From: an uncultured archaeon
Lineage (GTDB): Archaea; Asgardarchaeota; Thorarchaeia; Thorarchaeales; Thorarchaeaceae
Reading direction: 5' to 3'
DNA length: 19,710 nucleotides
NCBI GenBank assembly: GCA_964590575.1
Contig: CAZPWM010000057.1
Span: 1-19,710, forward strand
Part shown: positions 1 through 6,893 of the stretch, in pieces
Numbering within the stretch: the stretch's first letter is position 1
Layout of the letters: each line of letters begins with the position of its first letter
Notes under the pieces: model-generated
Told to the model about the DNA's origin: nothing
Seen by the model: the letters and a program-made list of their open reading frames with translations, nothing else
The model's database searches: none
Made by a program: the position numbers and the translations under genes

Positions 1-143
1 AGGGTGTACTGTACAAGAAATATCACAACAGGTAGGAGAGGAAGAGCAGCACACAATACCGCACCAAAGATCATCTTCTTCCTTACTGATCTTCGGAGTG
101 CTTGTTCAATGTCTGATTCAGAGTCGCTATGTAACTCTTCCAC
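1..143 (-). CDS. Hypothetical membrane protein, 5' part only (runs off the window edge); putative fourth cassette gene
   Basis: Manual translation from GTG at 143: (M)EELHSDSESDIEQALRRSVRKKMIFGAVLCAALPLLPVVIFLVQYT... Acidic N-terminus, basic patch, then a hydrophobic TM segment, the same layout as the 247..702 protein. Not in the ORF track because it is truncated. Start codon uncertain. Confidence 0.6.
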   Translation of the reverse strand, partial: MEELHSDSESDIEQALRRSVRKKMIFGAVLCAALPLLPVVIFLVQYT

Positions 144-211
144 GATGAATCCCAACCAACACGTACAAGCAGGCATGTAGTAAGATAAGGTTTGGCGAGA
201 GTGAAATGAAA

Positions 212-234
212 TAGTAAGTGGGGTGTGATTCGAA
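212..234 (-). repeat. Degenerate copy of the tRNA-Ala 3' end (att-like repeat R3)
   Basis: + strand tagtaagtggggtgtgattcgaa vs R2 tggtggaccgggcgtgattcgaa: 16/23 ungapped, 6 of 7 differences are transitions. Intergenic, 12 bp past the stop of 247..702. Confidence 0.6.
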
Positions 235-246
235 CAGCAAAACCGT

Positions 247-702
247 CTACTGATTGGAGGATGTAATGGTTTCCCAAAGGTTCGATATGAACATCCAAGC
301 AAGCCCGAACCCAACAAGAGAAAACGACAAGCCCAATGGTATAGCAATAAGCCGTAGAGATGAGCCAATGAATCCAATTACAAATCCGTAGATTGATGGT
401 GCGGTAGCAAAAACGTACAAGAGAATAGCTGGAGCCATAATATTGTCCAACTCCGGGTTCTTTCCGAAGTGACGGTAGAACACATAGAGGAGCAGAAGCT
501 CAACGGGCATCAGAAGTATCAGCAGCCATGATAACACCTCAATTGGACCAGTGCTAGCTGGAAGTTCAGTGTCTGGTATTAGAAGAATGACAAAAGGCAG
601 CACTATGGAATAAGCTAAGAATACAATCCCTAGCAGTCTGGCTTTTCTGAGAGATGACTCGTTTTCTGGCTTCTCCGTTTCCATTTGAATCGCATTATCC
701 AT
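247..702 (-). CDS. Hypothetical 4-TM membrane protein (151 aa)
   Basis: ORF with four hydrophobic stretches (LLGIVFLAYSIVLPFVILLI, VLSWLLILLMPVELLLLYVFY, AILLYVFATAPSIYGFVIGFIG, LIAIPLGLSFSLVGFGLAWMFI). No family recognised. Confidence 0.8.
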   Translation of the reverse strand: MDNAIQMETEKPENESSLRKARLLGIVFLAYSIVLPFVILLIPDTELPASTGPIEVLSWLLILLMPVELLLLYVFYRHFGKNPELDNIMAPAILLYVFATAPSIYGFVIGFIGSSLRLIAIPLGLSFSLVGFGLAWMFISNLWETITSSNQ

Positions 703-771
703 CGTGATTTTGGTTTAAGTACTTCTCTTCTGATGAAAACAGGTCACTATGGAGTTATATGAAGAATTAGA

Positions 772-796
772 TGGTGGACCGGGCGTGATTCGAATT
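772..796 (-). repeat. Near-perfect copy of the tRNA-Ala 3' end (att-like repeat R2)
   Basis: + strand tggtggaccgggcgtgattcgaatt vs 2519-2543 tggtggaccgggcgagattcgaatt: 24/25 identical. Covers the T-loop, 3' T-stem, 3' acceptor strand and ACCA. Confidence 0.93.
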
Positions 797-851
797 TGAA
801 TCGGGCTCTTAAGAGAAGGTATATCTCTATTCACACGAATAATCCACTGAG

Positions 852-1136
852 ATGAATTCCAATACGGATTACCCAAAGAAGGGAGAATACGGTTCTACAA
901 CCGAGAGATGCCGCTGGTGTGGTAAAGAAGACCGGCATTTCCAGGGTGTCTATTGCTCAAGAAAATGTGCTGCTGCCGGTTCGTTCTATACATTCGCTTG
1001 TATGACACTCATTTTTTTGACACTGACCTTGTGGGCTCTAATCTCATTCGACGTACTTTGGATTGTGGTCTTCGGGATTTTCAGTAGTATATTAGTCTAT
1101 TACCTATATGTTGGAGCTAGAATGAGAAAGAACTAG
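852..1136 (+). CDS. Small Zn-finger membrane protein (CxxC...YCSxxC plus 2 TM; TRASH/DUF2116-like architecture)
   Basis: CRWCG...YCSRKC motif followed by two hydrophobic helices and a basic C-terminus. Confidence 0.75.
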   Translation: MNSNTDYPKKGEYGSTTERCRWCGKEDRHFQGVYCSRKCAAAGSFYTFACMTLIFLTLTLWALISFDVLWIVVFGIFSSILVYYLYVGARMRKN

Positions 1137-1164
1137 CGCTTAGTTCCATTATTATTGAAAAATG

Positions 1165-1186
1165 CGGTGGGCTGGGCGAGATTCGA
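1165..1186 (-). repeat. Copy of the tRNA-Ala 3' end (att-like repeat R1)
   Basis: + strand cggtgggctgggcgagattcga vs 2519-2540 tggtggaccgggcgagattcga: 19/22 ungapped. Intergenic. Confidence 0.85.
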
Positions 1187-1292
1187 TATATGTGCCATCT
1201 TGGTTCTTATCTGAGTCTAGTTTCCATTAGTCATGCTTCTTGGGGTATCCTAGTACACTGAGGGGGAGTACGCTCTCCACTGGCTCTCAATA

Positions 1293-2417
1293 TTATTCTC
1301 TCTCAAACTGTATACATTTCACTTTTCCTTTCAACCCAGCCACTAAACAACGGTTGCAAGATATGCAACGAGCAGGTTCCTGTTTGCTAATTTTCGTTTC
1401 TTCAGTCCACCGTTGCAAAAGTGCTGGTTCACTAATCAATGGACGACTGAGCTGAATTACATCGAAAGCAGCTGCGGAGTTTCCATCTCCCATTAGTAGC
1501 TTAACGACTGTCTCCGGAGATCGGATACCACCCACCAATCCGAATAAGAGACCACTGTCATGTGCAATCGAACGGATAAGCATTGCATCATCCAAGAAAT
1601 ACGCCTCCCCTGCATCTTTCGGGCTCTGAGTTGGGTTGGGACCACTGAATATCACACAATATGCCCCTGCCTCTGCGAGTTTCTTCGCCAACTCACCCAC
1701 TTCTTCGGGTCTGACGGTTTTCGAGCTTGAATCCACCTTTACTTGGATTGGAACATCGACCGCACTTTTAACAGCTCGTACAGCATCCACCATTGCTTTG
1801 CAGCGTCCTTCGATTGTTGATCCTGTGTATGGGTCATTCACTGCGCGCTTATTGTACGTTGGGTCAAAGAATTGCCAAAGGCCATAATTATGCGCTCCAT
1901 GAAGTTCAATCACATCAAATCCCGCTTCAACTGCGCGCTTCGCCGCATCTGCATAAGCCTGAGTGACCTTTTCAACATGGCCCACTGTCATTGCCTTTAC
2001 CTGAACAACATCACCCTTAGGATCAAGGAATTCCATATCACTAGGTCCATATACATCGTTGCCAGAATACTTCGGCAAACTCGTACTTCCACAATGAACC
2101 AATTGAGCTGCTGCTAAACTCCCCGAAGAATGAATAATCCCGGCCAGGCGTTTTAGACCTTCAACATCTGAGGGCTTTGAATTCGAAACCATACGCCGAA
2201 TTGATTGTCCTTCATACATTACATATTGAAAACCAGTTACCACGACACCTGCTCTAATTTTACTATATGTTTCAATAATCGTGTCTCCAATGATTCCATT
2301 TTCTTCTGCCTGCCCCATCCAAGTAGCAGCCCTCATAATTCGGTTGGAGGCAATCTTTCCATTTGGCAATTCGAGTTTCTGGAGCACCGTGTTCTCCCAT
2401 GTCTCTTGGTCTACCAT
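1293..2417 (-). CDS. NADH:flavin oxidoreductase, Old Yellow Enzyme family, with C-terminal Cys cluster
   Basis: NRIMRAAT, AQLVHCG, AAKRAVEAGFDVIELHGAHNY, VGGIRS, LSRPLISEP, C-terminal CISCNRC...C. Confidence 0.92.
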   Translation of the reverse strand: MVDQETWENTVLQKLELPNGKIASNRIMRAATWMGQAEENGIIGDTIIETYSKIRAGVVVTGFQYVMYEGQSIRRMVSNSKPSDVEGLKRLAGIIHSSGSLAAAQLVHCGSTSLPKYSGNDVYGPSDMEFLDPKGDVVQVKAMTVGHVEKVTQAYADAAKRAVEAGFDVIELHGAHNYGLWQFFDPTYNKRAVNDPYTGSTIEGRCKAMVDAVRAVKSAVDVPIQVKVDSSSKTVRPEEVGELAKKLAEAGAYCVIFSGPNPTQSPKDAGEAYFLDDAMLIRSIAHDSGLLFGLVGGIRSPETVVKLLMGDGNSAAAFDVIQLSRPLISEPALLQRWTEETKISKQEPARCISCNRCLVAGLKGKVKCIQFERE

Positions 2418-2518
2418 TGAATCAACTCACATCTCTCAATTTTCTACGCTCGAGAGGTAGGTCTTTCAGCTTTATTTCATCTGAGTATATAGGCTTGATG
2501 TGATAACATTAGAAGAAA

Positions 2519-2626
2519 TGGTGGACCGGGCGAGATTCGAATTCGCGCTCCGTGTGGTAATCACAGCAGAGTCTCGCGACCTCCTCCATGCCAAGGAGGC
2601 GATCTACCGGGCTGATCTACCGGCCC
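2519..2626 (-). tRNA. tRNA-Ala(GGC), CCA encoded, with a 31-nt intron at position 53/54
   Basis: Reverse complement folds as GGGCCGG-TA-GATC-AGCCCGGTA-GATC-G-CCTCC-TTGGCAT-GGAGG-AGGTC-GCGAG-[intron]-TTCGAAT-CTCGC-CCGGTCC-A-CCA. 77 nt after splicing. G3:U70 alanine identity pair present. Confidence 0.96.
2542..2572 (-). other. tRNA intron (31 nt) with relaxed bulge-helix-bulge motif
   Basis: ACTCTGCTGTGATTACCACACGGAGCGCGAA. Central 4-bp helix CGCG/CGCG, bulges AG|A and AA|T each cut after the second base, intron stem CTCTG/CGGAG plus TGTG/CACA. Removal restores a perfect T arm. Confidence 0.9.
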
Positions 2627-2736
2627 ACGGGTGTGCACATGTCGTGCGGTTCGCTAAGCTGGATGAAACGGTTAAAAGAATTGTGGAGTGATAGCAGCAA
2701 TTAAGAGCCTGTATAATCACGATGTAATGTGGAATT

Positions 2737-3012
2737 ATGCTGACTCAAGCTTCGCTCATGGAATGGATAGGTTCAAACCTAGCATACATGATGTTCGCAT
2801 TTTCAATGCTTTTCGTCATTATTCTGATCATCTACATCAAACTCTATGTTCGGATTTTCTACGAAGGGACACTCTATAGACACTATCGCAAAGGCAGGTT
2901 ACTAACAGAAAACGATCAGGGAGGAATGGTTGCACTTATTCCCTTCTTTGACAGACTTGAAGTGTTTGACAGAGAATCCACTGAATTCGATGAAAACCCT
3001 GATGAAACATAG
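2737..3012 (+). CDS. Small membrane protein resembling only the N-terminal part of SPFH/stomatin (band 7) proteins
   Basis: TM helix followed by VRIFYEGTLYRHYRKGRLL...GGMVALIPFFDRLEVFD, similar to the stomatin N-terminal pattern (IV..YERGVIFRLGR...GPGL..IIPFID...VD). Ends in an acidic tail. Confidence 0.6.
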   Translation: MLTQASLMEWIGSNLAYMMFAFSMLFVIILIIYIKLYVRIFYEGTLYRHYRKGRLLTENDQGGMVALIPFFDRLEVFDRESTEFDENPDET

Positions 3013-3018
3013 AAACTA

Positions 3019-3207
3019 TCATCCACGAACGCGAATTCCGTGAACTTTCTTGTGCGCCCAATTATACTGGCGGAGCTTTGCTGAGTCACCAAATCCACAG
3101 GCCGCACATGCCTTGTGTCGAACGTGATAGGACCTTCTCCCGCATCTCCTGCATCGTATATGGTGTGGGTTGTTTTTCTTACCCTTGGAGGGTGTGCCTT
3201 TAGTCAT
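3019..3207 (-). CDS. rpl37e: 50S ribosomal protein L37e
   Basis: [25 protein letters not shown]...CAACGFG; directly downstream of lsm, as is typical in archaea. Confidence 0.98.
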   Translation of the reverse strand: MTKGTPSKGKKNNPHHIRCRRCGRRSYHVRHKACAACGFGDSAKLRQYNWAHKKVHGIRVRG

Positions 3208-3225
3208 CGTTGTTTGCTCCTTGGA

Positions 3226-3471
3226 TTACTTTGGCGGGGGTGAAACGATCACAACGTTGTCGCCTCTCACTATCACAGTTTTGACTACCTCGATTATCTG
3301 TTCCCCTGTTTCAGGATTGAGTGAGATTTCCTCAGCATCCTCGAGGATGAGGTTCAAGTGCTGGTCATAGCCACGCAGTTTTCCCTTGATCTTTTTCTTC
3401 CCTTTCAGCTCAACAAGAACCTGAGCGCCAAGCGATTGCTGAAGTAGTTCCATGGGCCTGCCTGCGGTCAT
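3226..3471 (-). CDS. lsm: Sm-like archaeal protein (Lsm/SmAP1)
   Basis: Sm1 motif VLVELKG..IKGKLRGYDQHLNLILEDAEE and Sm2 motif IVRGDNVVIVSP. GGTGA RBS upstream. Confidence 0.97.
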   Translation of the reverse strand: MTAGRPMELLQQSLGAQVLVELKGKKKIKGKLRGYDQHLNLILEDAEEISLNPETGEQIIEVVKTVIVRGDNVVIVSPPPK

Positions 3472-3630
3472 TCTATCACCATCACAGAATCTACACCATG
3501 TGGCCGAGGGTCACAGGATGTCCGGCCTACCCTTTGGACTTAACTTAAAAACATGACGATGTTGACGACGTATTTTGATGGCTTCTTCATGGCGTAGGCT
3601 TCAAAAGGGGTGTACACTAACTATTACACG

Positions 3631-4137
3631 ATGCCAAAGATAGAACGTATCAAGAAGCGACATCTCCTCAAGAAACGCGAGCAAAGGGATGAGATTGCTA
3701 AGATTGAGCAAGAGATAGGCTCATCGATCAGTGGTTTAGATACGAAAGCACACCTTGAGGGTGGGGTACTAGACGACGGGTCCCGAATCCTTCTTCTTGA
3801 TGGTGATATTATCTTCTTCCAACACGAGGGCCGCATGTTCCCAGCCCTTCGAGCACTCCTCAATGGTCTAGTAGATGTCCCTCGAATTACTGTTGATATG
3901 GGCGCTGTGAAGTACGTGGTCAATGGTGCGGACATTATGCGTCCCGGTATTACACAGGTGGATGACAGAGTAAAGGAAAACGGGATAGTTGTAGTAGTCG
4001 ACGAGAATCATGGTAAGCCACTTGCAGTAGGGATATCCAAGCTGTCTGCAGAAGAGTTGAAAGCTGCTACCAGTGGGAAAGTCATCAAGTCAATTCATCA
4101 CATCAATGATGACCTCTGGGTCTTTGGTAAGTCTTAA
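3631..4137 (+). CDS. PUA-domain RNA-binding protein (DUF1947+PUA, MCTS1/Tma20-like)
   Basis: FPALRALL, ITVDMGAVKYVVNGADIMRPGI, KPLAVG, GKVIKSIHHINDDLW. ATG at 3631 preferred over GTG at 3610. Confidence 0.93.
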   Translation: MPKIERIKKRHLLKKREQRDEIAKIEQEIGSSISGLDTKAHLEGGVLDDGSRILLLDGDIIFFQHEGRMFPALRALLNGLVDVPRITVDMGAVKYVVNGADIMRPGITQVDDRVKENGIVVVVDENHGKPLAVGISKLSAEELKAATSGKVIKSIHHINDDLWVFGKS

Positions 4138-6791
4138 TCCACCTCCTCATCAAATTTTGCTCGAATATGTGACAAAGCTGCCTTGTAGACCTCTTTCGCA
4201 AGTTCGGGTTCCAGTCCACAGTTCTTTGCGAATCGGTCTCTTGCATACCCCTCCTTACTGGCGCCGAGGTCTTTCTTGACAACAACCGAGATTGACGTGT
4301 ACCCTTTTTCGTAGAGAGTCCTTGCTTTACTTCTTGAGAGTCTACCAGAGGGTGAATCATCCCCAGGGAGTAGACGTAATTCAAGAAGGTCTGAGTCAGC
4401 CAGATCTTTTCCTACACCATATTGAAGCTGTCTGGAGAGTGCACTCATTCGATTCGCTAGATTAGTCCTTCTTATTGTCATGAGGTACTGACCGATACTT
4501 TCTGCAACTCTACTGCAAATTCCAAGTAAAGAGTTAAGATCCCCTTCATCAAGACTGATCCCCCTCGCCATCTCAGCAGCGTTTTTCACAATAGTCGTCA
4601 CATCTTGTTCGTTCAACCAGTTCTCAAGTACCGCTCTCTTCACATCATGTCTTTCAGGCAATCTCCGAACATACCACTCTTCCGGTGGGTCTAATCCCAT
4701 CAGTTTGAGCTCCATCTTAGATGGAACAGACGTTCTTGGCCTGATAGACTGTGGTAGCTGGGTCTGTAGCAAGAGGTCTATCATGACTGGCTCATCAGAG
4801 TCATCATTAATCTTGGATAGGCTCTCCCTAATCCGTAGATAGTCACTGATGTCAAGATTTGCATGAACTGCACTACGTGCATCCTTTGACAATCTGAAAT
4901 CGCTTTCAACCTTCTCAAACACATCCTGCTTCACTAGCCAGTTAAAAAGAGTCTTGAAGAACTTCCTCATACCCGAACGGTATTCATTATCAATTGTTCC
5001 TCTAAATGTGCTATCTACAAATTTCAGAAAATCAGTTCTTAGTTGGTCCTGCGTGAACTTCTTTCCATCGACAGTGGCCCTCGTAAGAATGCTTATTGCC
5101 AAACTTGGATATAATATCCCCGGTCGTAGTGGCTTGAGAGGTCGATGAAGCAGTTTTTCTTTCATAGCTTGGGCATTAGGTATATTTCTATTAGGTCCTT
5201 CAAAAACTAGGTATACCCTGCCTCCATATTGAGCTAGATGATTCTCACCTATTCTCCCCGCAACCTGAAGGTACCTTGCTCTTGTTTCAAGATAGTATAG
5301 GTTCTGGTTCAGAAGTATTATTACAGAGTCAAATGGGAAGCTGATACCCGCCGTGATGCCTGTTGTCGATACAACCGTTCTGATTGTCTTATTCCTAATC
5401 TCCCGTTCCAATCGTTCACGAACTCCTGCATCGACACCTGAGTGATGGAATGCCGCTCCAAATTTTAAAGTTTCAGCAAGTCTATTACTCAGTGGTAGAT
5501 TCTCACCTAGCCCTATAACCCTGTCAACAACATCTGGTTTCACAGTTCGAGGATGACTTCTTGCTAGTCTTCGAGCTATTCCTTGAGCTCTGAATCTTGA
5601 TCCCACGACCACAAGTATCGACTTGTTCTGGTAGTCCTTGAGATGGTCTATCACAACGTCAAGTACATCCTCCTGTGACGAACTTGCTCGTTGAGTCCCA
5701 TCACTGCTCACTATCTCAAATTGGTCATTGACCATGTTCACTATGAACTCGTCTGGAACAAGTCGTACACTTGGTCTAAATACCTGAGCATCGAGCCAAT
5801 CAGTCACCTCTTCAGTTTCACCAAAACGAGAGGAAAGAGTCACTATCTGAGTTCGTTCTTTCAAGAGAGTGATGATACTGTCCAGCTTTGTACTACGGTC
5901 TGTTCCCAAGGTATAAGCTTCGACCTCAGTATTAGAATCGAGCTCTGTGAGTTCATCAACTATAGTAAGTCCTATGTTCTCAGTCCAACTTTTTTTCTGC
6001 AACATCGCAGCTGAGAATGACTCATACATGGCAATAATCAGATTTCCATTCTCTAGTTCCGAATCAGTCGCTATGCTGAGACCGTCATGTCGAACCACAG
6101 AGTAGCCTAGTTCTCGGAGGAGGGTGCCATATTCCTCAACAATCTGTCTACTCAAGGAGGTGTAAGGACTAAGATAGAGACATCGGATTCCTTTCTGGAG
6201 TTTCAACAATATGATTATCATAGCAAGAAACGTTTTTCCTGAACCAGGAGGCATCTGGATGACCAAGTTTCCTTCTACATCTCCAATCTCTTGTACAAAT
6301 TTCTCCTGAGCGGGGAGTAGACTCACGAAGTTCTTGTGTTTCAGGAGAATCTTTGCAGCCCTCTGGACATCTGTGCCTGTTCCAATAGGTCCACTTAATT
6401 TGCCAATAGCTGCTAATGCAAGCCTGCCCTCATGAGTAATCATGAAACCTCTCTGCTTTCTCCCCTTATCCCCCGTCGAAATCACAAAACCCGCACGTAT
6501 GAGCTTGTTCATAGTTTCGTATATTGTCCCACCTGACATGAGACTCTGGCGAAGACTCTCATAGTCGACCTGCGTCTGTGTTCGCTCTCCTTTTAATTTG
6601 GAAGATGGTTTGATGATTCCATCAAGATCCAACATACCTTCAACAATGCTGTCCCATCCATGAATTGGCACAATCTCTCCTGTCTGAGGACTCAATACCT
6701 GAAGAATCTCCATGGCATGACGATTGCTAAGAGCTTTAAGCTGGTCTCTCATTCTAGAGAGGTCGTCATCCTCCTTCCTCAATGTAGACAT
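4134..6791 (-). CDS. Divergent Ski2/Hel308-like SF2 helicase with N-terminal winged-helix extension
   Basis: Q motif LLPAQ, motif I MPPGSGKT, Ia SPYTSLSRQ, II VDELT, FHHSG, V STTGITAGISFP, VI QVAGRIG, C-terminal QLQYGV and KARTLYEKGY. ATG at 6791 has a GGTGA RBS (ORF track starts at 6803). Confidence 0.88.
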   Translation of the reverse strand: MSTLRKEDDDLSRMRDQLKALSNRHAMEILQVLSPQTGEIVPIHGWDSIVEGMLDLDGIIKPSSKLKGERTQTQVDYESLRQSLMSGGTIYETMNKLIRAGFVISTGDKGRKQRGFMITHEGRLALAAIGKLSGPIGTGTDVQRAAKILLKHKNFVSLLPAQEKFVQEIGDVEGNLVIQMPPGSGKTFLAMIIILLKLQKGIRCLYLSPYTSLSRQIVEEYGTLLRELGYSVVRHDGLSIATDSELENGNLIIAMYESFSAAMLQKKSWTENIGLTIVDELTELDSNTEVEAYTLGTDRSTKLDSIITLLKERTQIVTLSSRFGETEEVTDWLDAQVFRPSVRLVPDEFIVNMVNDQFEIVSSDGTQRASSSQEDVLDVVIDHLKDYQNKSILVVVGSRFRAQGIARRLARSHPRTVKPDVVDRVIGLGENLPLSNRLAETLKFGAAFHHSGVDAGVRERLEREIRNKTIRTVVSTTGITAGISFPFDSVIILLNQNLYYLETRARYLQVAGRIGENHLAQYGGRVYLVFEGPNRNIPNAQAMKEKLLHRPLKPLRPGILYPSLAISILTRATVDGKKFTQDQLRTDFLKFVDSTFRGTIDNEYRSGMRKFFKTLFNWLVKQDVFEKVESDFRLSKDARSAVHANLDISDYLRIRESLSKINDDSDEPVMIDLLLQTQLPQSIRPRTSVPSKMELKLMGLDPPEEWYVRRLPERHDVKRAVLENWLNEQDVTTIVKNAAEMARGISLDEGDLNSLLGICSRVAESIGQYLMTIRRTNLANRMSALSRQLQYGVGKDLADSDLLELRLLPGDDSPSGRLSRSKARTLYEKGYTSISVVVKKDLGASKEGYARDRFAKNCGLEPELAKEVYKAALSHIRAKFDEEVD

Positions 6792-6893
6792 TGCAATCAC
6801 CAAATCATTGGGTTTGGGGTTGTGATAAAGGTTGGCTCTTGAATATAATACTCGGTCTTTTCTTCAGACAAAGACTCGTTACCATGAGCTGAG

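Larger units (their letters stand above)
1..2518. mobile_element. Putative tRNA-Ala-anchored array of integrated single-gene cassettes (left end outside window)
   Basis: Direct repeats of the tRNA 3' end at 1165, 772 and 212 delimit segments of 1332, 368 and 537 bp, each with one credible gene. No integrase in the window. Confidence 0.6.

Noticed and set aside
83-298. 71-aa ORF on the - strand
   Set aside because: Overlaps the end of 247..702 and the better 1..143 frame, runs across repeat R3, and has no recognisable features.
772-830. Split (trans-spliced) tRNA 3' half at R2
   Set aside because: No long GC-rich leader and no CGCG-type helix strand upstream of the exon copy, as trans-splicing would need. 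An att-like remnant is simpler. Not fully excluded without the rest of the genome.
1209-2486. 8-bp direct repeat atctgagt near both ends of the OYE cassette (1209-1216, 2479-2486)
   Set aside because: Too short to distinguish from chance and absent from the other cassettes.
212-2543. CRISPR array interpretation of the ~23-bp repeats
   Set aside because: Spacing is 368-1332 bp and irregular, the intervals contain whole genes, the repeats match a tRNA 3' end, and no cas genes are present.
2500-2691. 63-aa ORF on the + strand
   Set aside because: Antisense shadow of the tRNA-Ala gene.
3499-3527. Possible hairpin (GGCCG/CGGCC) in the lsm-rpl37e leader
   Set aside because: Short stem with no recognisable RNA family motif; cannot be supported without comparative data.
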